Assembly: GCA_032718475.1 (NCBI GenBank)
Contig: JAUCBJ010007534.1
Span: 1 to 50,541 of the forward strand
Reading direction: 5' to 3'
Length of the DNA: 50,541 nt
Source of the DNA: Nemertoderma westbladi
Lineage: Eukaryota; Animalia; Xenacoelomorpha
Both the position numbers and the translations under genes were made by a program. Within the stretch, counting starts at the first letter, position 1; each line of letters opens with the position of its first letter. Positions 25,801-35,372 of this stretch are shown piece after piece. The notes under the pieces are model-generated. The model saw nothing but the letters and a program-made list of their open reading frames with translations. It was not told the DNA's origin and did not search any database.

Positions 25801-26290
25801 ATAAAAGAAGGATTAGAACTACAGAAATCTTGTACATCCATATTAGAACGAGGTCATTTTAATATGCGCAGATGGACAATGAATCATACAGCACTTCAAA
25901 AGATGTTCAATGAATTTGAACAGCAAACATTAACTTCCAAAGAAGAGTATGGAGCCAGTACACAAGTCAAACAAGCAGATAATAGTAACACTCAAACATA
26001 CCTACAAGAAACGTTAAGTTTACCGGAAACAAACTCAGGTAATACAGCAAGAGTTTTAGGCTATATTTGGCACTTAGACACTGACACAATTGCGTTTAAT
26101 ATTTCGTCAGTTTATAGTTACGTCTCACAATTGATACCGTCCAAACAAGCCCTATTACAGCTAGTAGCCCGAGTTTTTGACCCACTTTTCATATTAGCTC
26201 CGGTTACAGCCCCATAGAAATCTATTTTCCGATCTGCTTGTCAAAAAGGGTTGCAGTGGAAAGAACCCCTTCCTGACGATTTATTAACAT
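22870..26290 (+). pseudogene. BEL gag-protease-RT, 5' part of the polyprotein
   Basis: PSFDGNPLKY (DUF1759-like), three Cys/His knuckles, protease LFDGGSTRTF, KLRVVFNAS, LNDCLEAGPNL, ADIKHAFLQ. 22870-23304 and 23335-26217 are in the same frame, with in-frame stops at 23302 and 26215. Confidence 0.93.
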
Positions 26291-26598
26291 ACATAAAATA
26301 CTGCAATCCAAATATGGGATCTGGCAGAAAACATAAGTAATGGCGGTAAAGCAGTGCAGCAATATAACTGTATAATAATAATGTCAGAATGTGACTGTAA
26401 TCAAGGCACCGGCAGAAAACACCAAAGAACCACATACCGGTAGGGTAGTACAGCAGTAGGGTGTATACATACTGACATATAACAGTACTGGTAGGTACAA
26501 TCAAAACCCAACACCAACCGAAAGGCTACAGGTATACAGTATGTATTAGTTTCTGATATAAACAATAAGACAATAGTTCACATACCCCCACGTCGTAA

Positions 26599-26905
26599 CT
26601 AATGGGCTACGAAATAATCAGGTTTCTTAGAGATACGACCACGTGAGGTAATTAAAGGAGATTGGTTACTATCAATAGGGACAGATTCCCTTTTACCTCG
26701 AACCCTTCTATCGATGGAGTCTTCTTGAGTATTATCAACACATATAGGTGACATCTGAGTTTTTTGTTGTTGATCATTACCCCCACGGTTAGGAACCTTG
26801 TAACAATTGTCGACTTCAAGTGGAATAAGTAGATGAACCGCCCGTGTCGTTTTCTTGCCATTCAAAAGTATCTCAGTAGCCCGACATTCGCCATCTCAGT
26901 CTGGA
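26599..26905 (-). pseudogene. Extreme C-terminal remnant of the BEL integrase region
   Basis: DGECRATEILLNGKKTTRAVHLLIPLEV, compared with DGEIRSV...TRSIKHLIPLEV in the outer element. Confidence 0.8.
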
Positions 26906-29209
26906 AAACACCTTCGGCTGAATTGCAGATACAGAAGGGAAGTTACTGGAGGGCCGTTGTATGCCTTTAAAAGGCAAATGGACTTGGTAATGAGGGAATT
27001 CTTCTTGGGAAACTACTGGTGGTGGGTAAGGAGTACAATCTACATCTTGTTCTTTTACCCCAACTGCCTCTAAATTCCATAACTGTTCAATCGAGTTATC
27101 AGGGATTTCTGAAATATACATTGATGGGGAAATATCCGTAGGAAGAGAGGGATTAGAACGATAAGGCCCCGAAAAAACGTTACCAAAAAATGTACTGACA
27201 ACAGTGGGGCTATTTGGAAATTTATGTACCGAGTCAGTTACAGACCATATGTTGTCTGCTCCTATAATAATTGAAATATCGCGATTACCACCATTAAAGT
27301 TGTCAGCCCATTCACCTAAATGTGATACAGACTGAGGGAGTGAATATAACTTTTCCTGTTTCATAGTTGGACAAAGCTTATCTGCCGTCCAGGCAGATAA
27401 AGTTACAAAATCTTGAGAGAATTGGCTGAATAAATTGAAAGTGACTAAATTTGATTGATTAGTTTGTACTATATTACCAAATGAGCCAGTGGACATTACT
27501 CGGGATTCAATAATGGTTAAGTCAAATTCAGTAGCCAAGTCAGTTCGAATGTATGAACGTTTTGAACAATCGTCCAAATACACATGAATCCAGTAGCCAC
27601 CATGGTTATTATCTGGTGGAACTATAAAAGCCATTGCCAACTTTACAAACACTGAATAGTTTTCAGCCTGGGTTGGGGTATCTGAAACAATAGAGTTATT
27701 AGGATTATTGGAAACTCCCCAGGAAGTTGAGGTCGGACCCCAATGAAAATGAGGTGGCTGACTAGAAGCCTCCCTGGAATTTAGTACAGCTGGAGGACCC
27801 CCATGGGACTGAGGTGGTGAAATGGATGGAACTGTAGGTATACATGGCAGAACTGCAGAAGTAGTTGTATGGGAAGAGGGTTTATGCACTGGGGTTGATC
27901 CTTGAGCTAACTCACGGGACCTTTTAAAACACAATAAAGTATTATGTCTTTTCCCACAGAAGTAGCATCCAGTTGAGGATTTGCAGTCCTTGGTACCATG
28001 ATTGCCAAGACAGTTTGTACAAATATTACTAAGCCTAAGAATTTTAAGCCGTTCCTCGATTTGCTTAGATAGAAAAACAGAACAGTCCTTAAACCGATGA
28101 ATTGGTTTAGTATGACAAAATATGCAAGCATTTGACTTTGGGGTTGACTCATGCACAACAAAAGATCCTGTAGCTGCATGTGATTTGGAATTTGTTTTAG
28201 GGAATTTCGGTCCTATTGAAGTTCTAACCACTTGGGTTGATGCATATGGTTTAGAAGTAAACTCAACCGATTCCCTTGACTCCAACTCCTTACGAATGAA
28301 TTCTAGCAATAAATCTAGGTTAAACCGATCAGAAGAATGATTGCGATTCCATACCATAACTAGATCAGAGGGAAGTTTTTGCAGAAGAAGTGGAGCCAAA
28401 AGGAGAGAAGTTAAATCAGTAGAAGTAGAAGGTTCCTCTCTTGTTGGTTCCTCCTGAATTTCAACTGAAAGTTGGCGTATTTCACTTACCGAACTTTCAA
28501 AAGCATCCATAGTCCGCCTAAATACCTTTAAATCATTATCACGCATGGGTGGTAAGGAACAAAGTTGTGAGGCATACATTCCAATTAGTAAGTGGGGGTT
28601 ACCGTACCTATTTTTAAGTTTATTAACTGCGTTGGAATAATTTGCTGCAGAGGCTGGCAAACCTGAAATTGCCTCCTTTGCCTCTCCCTCCAAACAGCTG
28701 CGTAAATGAATAAATTTCTTTATATCAGAGAGACCTGGTCTATCGTGGATTATTGCTTTAAATTGGTCCCAAAACAGGCGCCACTGTAGGTACTGACCAC
28801 TAAAACTTGGGAGTTTAATTTTGGGAATATCGCGGTCCATTTCACCAGGGCTAGAGGAGGCATCTGAATTTGATGGGTGTGAAACTAAAGCATTAATATT
28901 ATTTTCCAACCGAGCCAACAGACGGCGGGATTTATAAATAACACAATCTATGTCGCGGTCATATTGGGATACAACAGGATCTTGATAACCTAGGGAAATA
29001 AGTTCAGAGTCCAACTCATTCAACAATTGCCATTGACGATCTAATAGTTCTATTTGGTAGGCAAGATCATCAGAATTTATACCGGTCTCAGGGGTTCTAC
29101 GTAATTTTTCTAAATCATTTATAAGGCGAGTAGCATTTTTCCTTTCTTGTCTTCGCCTCTTTTTAAAATCTTTAATTCCCCCAGTCTCATCTTCATCATC
29201 GCTAGTCAT
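26873..29209 (-). CDS. BEL gag-protease ORF (778 aa), truncated before RT
   Basis: PKIKLPSFSGQYLQWRLFWDQF, three zinc knuckles, degenerate protease LDDCSKRSY, LWNLEAVG. Confidence 0.9.
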   Translation of the reverse strand: MTSDDEDETGGIKDFKKRRRQERKNATRLINDLEKLRRTPETGINSDDLAYQIELLDRQWQLLNELDSELISLGYQDPVVSQYDRDIDCVIYKSRRLLARLENNINALVSHPSNSDASSSPGEMDRDIPKIKLPSFSGQYLQWRLFWDQFKAIIHDRPGLSDIKKFIHLRSCLEGEAKEAISGLPASAANYSNAVNKLKNRYGNPHLLIGMYASQLCSLPPMRDNDLKVFRRTMDAFESSVSEIRQLSVEIQEEPTREEPSTSTDLTSLLLAPLLLQKLPSDLVMVWNRNHSSDRFNLDLLLEFIRKELESRESVEFTSKPYASTQVVRTSIGPKFPKTNSKSHAATGSFVVHESTPKSNACIFCHTKPIHRFKDCSVFLSKQIEERLKILRLSNICTNCLGNHGTKDCKSSTGCYFCGKRHNTLLCFKRSRELAQGSTPVHKPSSHTTTSAVLPCIPTVPSISPPQSHGGPPAVLNSREASSQPPHFHWGPTSTSWGVSNNPNNSIVSDTPTQAENYSVFVKLAMAFIVPPDNNHGGYWIHVYLDDCSKRSYIRTDLATEFDLTIIESRVMSTGSFGNIVQTNQSNLVTFNLFSQFSQDFVTLSAWTADKLCPTMKQEKLYSLPQSVSHLGEWADNFNGGNRDISIIIGADNIWSVTDSVHKFPNSPTVVSTFFGNVFSGPYRSNPSLPTDISPSMYISEIPDNSIEQLWNLEAVGVKEQDVDCTPYPPPVVSQEEFPHYQVHLPFKGIQRPSSNFPSVSAIQPKVFSRLRWRMSGY

Positions 29210-29981
29210 ACTGAATGCTGGAATGGGGTTTTAGCAACTGAAATCTAAAGGAAAATACTGATACAGTTGCTTGAAATAGGATAGGCCCTAGCACTGTAGC
29301 AGTAGGCCTACCGCTGTACCGGGAGATTGGTACCGGTACTGCAGTACTGATACAGCAGTTGGGTATTCTCAGCGATACCCAACTGTGCTGCCAGGCTGCT
29401 GTACAGCGCTGTGGCGGTAGAAATAAAACAAGAAGTACCGAAAAAGTACCGGATACCCGGAATTCCACACAACAGTCTGATATCAATAATGAGTCTGTAA
29501 GTACCGTAATTCGGGGTGAGGTATGGTAGTAGGTTAGAGAGCAGTCCCGGTACCGGTATACCGGTATGTAGGCCTAATGCAGTAATAAAAGCCCAAAGGT
29601 GGTGGTAGAATACAGTTTGTTAGGGCCGCGCCCTTCAGCACAATACTGCAATATGTGTATAATATAATATCCGGTTCGAAGAAATGTGCGTATAAAATAC
29701 TGCAATCCAAATATGGGATCTGGCAGAAAACATAAGTAATGGCGGTAAAGCAGTGCAGCAATATAACTGTATAATAATAATGTCAGAATGTGACTGTAAT
29801 CAAGGCACCGGCAGAAAACACCAAAGAACCACATACCGGTAGGGTAGTACAGCAGTAGGGTGTATACATACTGACATATAACAGTACTGGTAGGTACAAT
29901 CAAAACCCAACACCAACCGAAAGGCTACAGGTATACAGTATGTATTAGTTTCTGATATAAACAATAAGACAATAGTTCACA

Positions 29982-32588
29982 ATTGCGTTTAATATTTCGT
30001 CAGTTTATAGTTACGTCTCACAATTGATACCGTCCAAACAAGCCCTATTACAGCTAGTAGCCCGAGTTTTTGACCCACTTTTCATATTAGCTCCGGTTAC
30101 AGCCCCATGGAAATCTATTTTCCGATCTGCTTGTCAAAAAGGGTTGCAGTGGAAAGAACCCCTTCCTGACGATTTATTAACATTATGGCACGGATGTTTA
30201 GACAACTTACGAACTCTCGATCAAGTTTCAATTCCAAGATACTACTTTGATACTCATAAACAAGTTCATCAAGTAGAATTACATGGCTTCTCAGACGCCA
30301 GTGATCGTCTGTATGCAGCAGTTATATATATTAGGGCGATATATACAGATAACAGTTACAGTGTTTCATTAGTAACAAGTAGAACTAAAGTAACCCCGCA
30401 ATCAAAGGCAAGTAATAAACCGCCCTCCACTCCCAAGCTGGAACTGCTTGGAACGTATATACTTTCATATTTAGCGTATGATGTCATGAGTGAGCTTCAG
30501 TTACAGGATTCCACTGTCTATCTTTGGACTGATGCTCACGACGTACTGTATTGGCTACATGGCAATAAACAATATAAACAGTTTGTACAGAATAGAGTCC
30601 AAAGTATAAACGTGTTGACAGAAAAAATGAACGCTAGATGGCGCTATTGCCCAGGTCATGATAATCCGGCTGATATTCCTACAAGAGGAATCAGCACAAA
30701 AAAACTGATTAATTCGGAATTGTGGTTCCATGGTCCGAAATTTCTTCTTTCTGGTGGAGAGGAAAGCTGGCCAGAGTGTCCCATTACCACTGAAATTTCC
30801 AACGAGTGTTTGAAAGAAGTAAAACACGCTCCATTAATAATCACACAAACAACAACTGTAATTTCTCAACAAAACTGTTCTATATCTAATGTTATTGATT
30901 ATATGAAATATAGTTCAAAACTTCAACCACTTCGTATATTGGGATGGGTGTTAAGATTCATTGCTAATGTGAAAGCAAAAATAGGTAAAGGCACAAGTAA
31001 CGCACTTATACTAGATAATACAGTCACAACCAAAGAAATTCAAACCTCAGAAATGTTATTAATAAAACATATACAATCACAACATTACATGCCTATCATC
31101 CAATATTTAACACAAGGGAAAGGTAAGTGCCCAAAGTTAGTAAATCAATTGAATTTGTTCATCGATTGTGGCGGGATTATTCGTTCAAAGGGCAGGGCGA
31201 AGACGCCACTTCTATCTTGGAATTCTCAAAATCCAATATTACTTCCAGCAAATGACCACTATACAGTATTAATAATTCGCACTGCCCACGAACAGGTTAT
31301 GCATGGTCGCGTTAGAGCCACACTCGCACAGCTAAGGGAAAACTATTGGTTACCTCGTGGTCGCCAAGTCATCAAACGTGTGCTACGAAACTGTATTAGT
31401 TGCAAAGTAATACAGGGTAAGCCATATAAATCACCTGACATTAGTCCACTACCAATAGAACGATTAACCGAAGAATCATCCCCATTTACCAATGTAGGAA
31501 TCGATTTCTGCGGTCCTCTAAACGTAACACGGACAGTTAGTGACCCACAAGGTAGTATCACTAAAGTTTATGTCGCCCTAATGACGTGTGCAGTAACCAG
31601 GGCGATCCACTTAGAACTTGTCCCAAGTTTACATGTGACGTCATTTATATCAGCATTGCAATGTTTTATAAGCCGTAGGGGTATACCATCACTTATATTA
31701 AGTGACAATGCCAGTACATTTAAAAAAACATCCCAAGAATTAGTGTTATACAATAAAGTATTAAATAGTGAAGCAGTTAAACACGCATTCGGAAATTTAT
31801 CAATTGAATGGAAGTTCAATGTTGAGAGGTATCCATCTGCGTATGGCTTCATAGAACGGCTGGTTGGCAGTGTAAAATCCAACCTACGTAAAGTAATGGG
31901 ACGGGCTGTACTAACAGATGACGAATTTGCAACCTTACTTGTAACTTGTGAAGGAGTTGTAAATAGTAGGCCGCTGACTTATATACATACTGACGACACA
32001 GAGTGTTTTGATGTCCTTACTCCAAGTCACTTCCTGGTTGGGAAGAGGCTCTGTGCATTACCCCACCCGTTTGTCAAATCCCAAAATTTAGAAATAACCG
32101 CAAAAACCCTCAAAAACAGAAAAAAATATCAAGAGATTGCGGCTAATTGCTTTTGGCAATTTTGGCGTGACCACTACTTAAAAGAGTTACGCGAAAGCCA
32201 CCGCACCAATAATCGGTCTGAATCGAATTTGATCAAACCCGCCATAGGCGACATTTGCTTATTGTGTGACAAAAAATTACCCCGTTGTTTGTGGAAAATC
32301 TGCAGGGTCGACAAATTATTCGAAAGCAGAGATGGTGAAATTCGTTCAGTACGAATTAAAATAGCAAAAAGAGGCAAAGAGGCTACATATTTGACTCGCT
32401 CTATTAAACATTTAATCCCCTTGGAAGTTCCACCAAACCCAACAGGACTAGAAAATATAACCATTAGCAAGGACAAGATTAAACCAAGAACTGATTCAAG
32501 TGTAGAACATAAAATTGAGTCTACTCTGCAATCAAAACATCCCCGCAACGCCAAACAAAACAAAATACTCGGTTTTTACAAAACTTAA
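29982..32588 (+). CDS. BEL RNase H-integrase, 3' part of the outer polyprotein
   Basis: ELHGFSDAS, PKLELLG, NPADIPTRG, HHCC zinc motif, GIDFCGP, SDNASTF, GFIERLV, NSRPLTY. Open from 30024 to 32588. Confidence 0.95.
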   Translation: MAFNISSVYSYVSQLIPSKQALLQLVARVFDPLFILAPVTAPWKSIFRSACQKGLQWKEPLPDDLLTLWHGCLDNLRTLDQVSIPRYYFDTHKQVHQVELHGFSDASDRLYAAVIYIRAIYTDNSYSVSLVTSRTKVTPQSKASNKPPSTPKLELLGTYILSYLAYDVMSELQLQDSTVYLWTDAHDVLYWLHGNKQYKQFVQNRVQSINVLTEKMNARWRYCPGHDNPADIPTRGISTKKLINSELWFHGPKFLLSGGEESWPECPITTEISNECLKEVKHAPLIITQTTTVISQQNCSISNVIDYMKYSSKLQPLRILGWVLRFIANVKAKIGKGTSNALILDNTVTTKEIQTSEMLLIKHIQSQHYMPIIQYLTQGKGKCPKLVNQLNLFIDCGGIIRSKGRAKTPLLSWNSQNPILLPANDHYTVLIIRTAHEQVMHGRVRATLAQLRENYWLPRGRQVIKRVLRNCISCKVIQGKPYKSPDISPLPIERLTEESSPFTNVGIDFCGPLNVTRTVSDPQGSITKVYVALMTCAVTRAIHLELVPSLHVTSFISALQCFISRRGIPSLILSDNASTFKKTSQELVLYNKVLNSEAVKHAFGNLSIEWKFNVERYPSAYGFIERLVGSVKSNLRKVMGRAVLTDDEFATLLVTCEGVVNSRPLTYIHTDDTECFDVLTPSHFLVGKRLCALPHPFVKSQNLEITAKTLKNRKKYQEIAANCFWQFWRDHYLKELRESHRTNNRSESNLIKPAIGDICLLCDKKLPRCLWKICRVDKLFESRDGEIRSVRIKIAKRGKEATYLTRSIKHLIPLEVPPNPTGLENITISKDKIKPRTDSSVEHKIESTLQSKHPRNAKQNKILGFYKT

Positions 32589-32979
32589 CTCAAACAACCC
32601 GAATCTTGTCTTGGCATGGGTGACATTGGTATTATACAGTAGGTACAGTAGTATATATAAATTGTATTTCTTGTATTCACATAACTCGTTATTAACACCG
32701 TAGCGTGCTTATACGGTGTTAGATTTGTATGATTAATTTATTATAAACTCAATTAATTATAAACAGCATTGCAATGGTGGTGGTTGCATATTTATGAGCG
32801 ATATTATAATACAAAATACATATCGCGTATGGCTGTGTTCTGTATTATTTACTATTTACATCGTTATTGTTTTTTATTGTTACCCACATTGTCAGAAGCA
32901 ACCATGGCCCATTGCCCCATTTCTATTATTTATGGTAGTACAGTATGTGTGTTGCTTTTTATACAAAGCAAGGGGGCGG

Positions 32980-33249
32980 TGTAGAGAATAATATGATATT
33001 AGACCTTATATTGCCAATTATATCTTTAGTACTTATATTCCCAATTAATGTGTTTGGTTAGTACAGTTCACTAATCTACACTATGTACTTACAGCTGATT
33101 TACACATTATACATTCCGTACTCCTATATCTGTTGTACTTATTGTGAGTAACATATCTTTACCTATTATTACATCAATATATTGTACCTTGTTGATTTTA
33201 CATCAATAAATGTTTTCATTTATGGATATCGCTTTCGCGTTATCCAATA
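32980..33249 (+). repeat. 3' LTR of the outer BEL element
   Basis: Direct repeat of 22415-22684, followed by TSD GGGAC. Confidence 0.97.
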
Positions 33250-34072
33250 GGGACCCTCTTGTAATACTGTAGTTCATAAAGTTTAGGTAATGCTATCTTG
33301 CAGATCAGTGGTGGTTGCAATAGGTCACTGTTACTCTCTACAAGATCGTCCATTGTATTTTCTTGGAAGGTCAATTTTGGGTTTTTGAAAACTCTCGGCT
33401 TACTTATTTCAGCTAGATTATTGACTCGCACTTTACGTATTAGATCGTATGCTTATATTCTAGTGACCAATACATCACTTGACATCATATTAAGGATAAC
33501 ATTCTCAACATGTGCGTAATAGGCACCTTCTTGGAGAACTGGGAAGACAACCATCTTTTCATTTTCGGTGAGCAACCGGTTACTGAGTGTTATCATATCC
33601 AGGAAGTGATGAGAACCGTGATGAAGTTGCCATTTATGTCTGATATTAAACCAAACTGGTGCATAAATGTGAATGACAAAGAAGGAGAAAGGAGAGACGT
33701 TGGAGAGCATTAGAAGGTTCGCTTACAGTGACATAATGACGCAATATTCTTGAAGACGTTGTGAGCCATCTGGAATGATTGACAGGACCAGGTTTCATAT
33801 TAACTAACTTTTCGCCAATTTCTCCACTCATTACAGCTTTACACATATCTAGAAGGTACTTCTGGTCGTTTGAAAGTTCGCCACAAATTGGATAAGGAAT
33901 TGCGGATTGGGGATTGGAACAAATGGAACAGGTTTTACCGAGTGGCATTCTTGTATCTTTTTACCAATTGCGCCGGAAAATTAGTTGACACCAGTTGTAG
34001 GTCCATCTAGTTTACACATTAAATGGCGGAAAGGGAGTTCATTTAGATGGAGCAAACATATTGCACGTTGTA

Positions 34073-35372
34073 TATATATATATTAAAATCCGGGATGGCC
34101 CCGGTGCTATAATAATATCCATTCAAAATTGGCATTATAAATTAAAATTTACATTAACATTTCTTTTAGTACTGATAGTCGTGCAAAAGTGTTTAAGTTA
34201 TATTTATTTAAAATATCAATACAATAAATAGATAAAAACTCCTCTTTGTGAGACATAAGATCATTACGTGTTTTCTTAACTTTGTTGCCACATTGTTTGG
34301 TAGAATAACTTGACACAGCTAGGGACAATAAGTTAGGTAACTCGTATTCCCATGACGAAATTTTATAAGAAGAGAACATGTCTATGGTAGACCCAATACA
34401 ATGATCACAGAGGATATTCGTGAAGAGCCATGTTATCTTAGAATTTCCGGTATTGAATATCCGATGGATGAAATTGAATTGTTGTAGCCTTAGTAGCACC
34501 TCTATATTCAAGTCAAACAACTTATATAACATATAGTTTGATATCTTGTTGTCTAAATGTAGAATCGAGTAATAACATCAATGTTATTAGAAGATAGACT
34601 TGCTGCTCCATAGATAATACTTGGGATACAAATCACATTCCATATCAGTTTGGTTATTTTTAAGGGGACATCGGTAATTGAAAACCCATTCCGGGTCATT
34701 TGAGCTGCATTACCCCAAATCTTCCCATTTAGAAAAGAAAACATTGATGCTTGATCGCAAGGAATAGGCAATCCCATATACTTGCATACTAGCGTTGATG
34801 TAATTGTCTCCCCATTGAAAACTATATTGTCGTCTAATATGGCCTTCCCCTTGGTATCTAGCGAAATAAAATGACACTTTGTTACATTTAGCTGCAAGTC
34901 GTGTTCTTGAAAATAGTTCGATGATATGTTCAGCAGATTTATGAGGTCTATTTTCATGTTCGAAATTAATATTATGTCATCAGCATAATTTACTACTGCA
35001 AATGAATGTTGCCCTATATGAACACCCAAGCCGCTTTGTTCCATCTCATCAATAAGGTCTTTCAAGTAGAAATTGATTAAAAGAGGAGATAGGATTCCCC
35101 CTTGACGTACACCTTTCTGAATAGGGATTGGAGTTTTAATTCTATGACCGTCAGCTGTTATAAATGCTTTGGATTGGGAGTAGAAAGAATCTAAAGCATC
35201 GATAATATTGGGATTTAACTCAGTCTTTCTGAGCTTCTGAAATAACTTGGCATGGCAGACATTATCAAAAGCAGCCGTGAGATCCACACTCATCAAGTAT
35301 ACAGGTGAATTTTTCCTCGTGAACTTATTGAGAACACTATTAGCGACTAGATGTGCTATGTCAGATCCAGAT
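34073..35372 (-). mobile_element. 5'-truncated non-LTR retrotransposon (RT domain; RTE-X/L2-like) inserted in the hATm transposase
   Basis: VDLTAAFDNV, GVRQGGILSP, NYADD, KYMG. (TA)n tail at 34071-34083. TTGTA duplicated at 34068-34072 and 35373-35377. Removal restores KPLQRAICLLH. Confidence 0.88.

Larger units (their letters stand above)
26293..29981 (-). mobile_element. Second BEL/Pao element, internally deleted, nested antisense in the first
   Basis: LTRs at 29685-29981 and 26293-26582, identical over 290 bp (the left one lacks 7 terminal bp). PBS TTTCTTCGAACCGGAT on the minus strand at 29684-29669. PPT-like GTGGGGGTA at 26591-26583. Confidence 0.93.
22415..33249 (+). mobile_element. Full-length BEL/Pao LTR retrotransposon (disrupted)
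   Basis: 270-bp LTRs at 22415-22684 and 32980-33249 (1 mismatch seen). 5-bp TSD GGGAC. PBS TGGCGCCCGA at 22685. PPT AAGGGGGCGG. Confidence 0.97.

Noticed and set aside
26241-29903. Twin ORFs MIVPTSTVICQ... at 26241-26504 and 29574-29903
   Set aside because: Chance ORFs inside the two identical LTRs.
32588-32979. Captured env/chuvirus glycoprotein in the BEL element
   Set aside because: Only about 390 bp of non-coding DNA lies between the pol stop and the 3' LTR; no env ORF.
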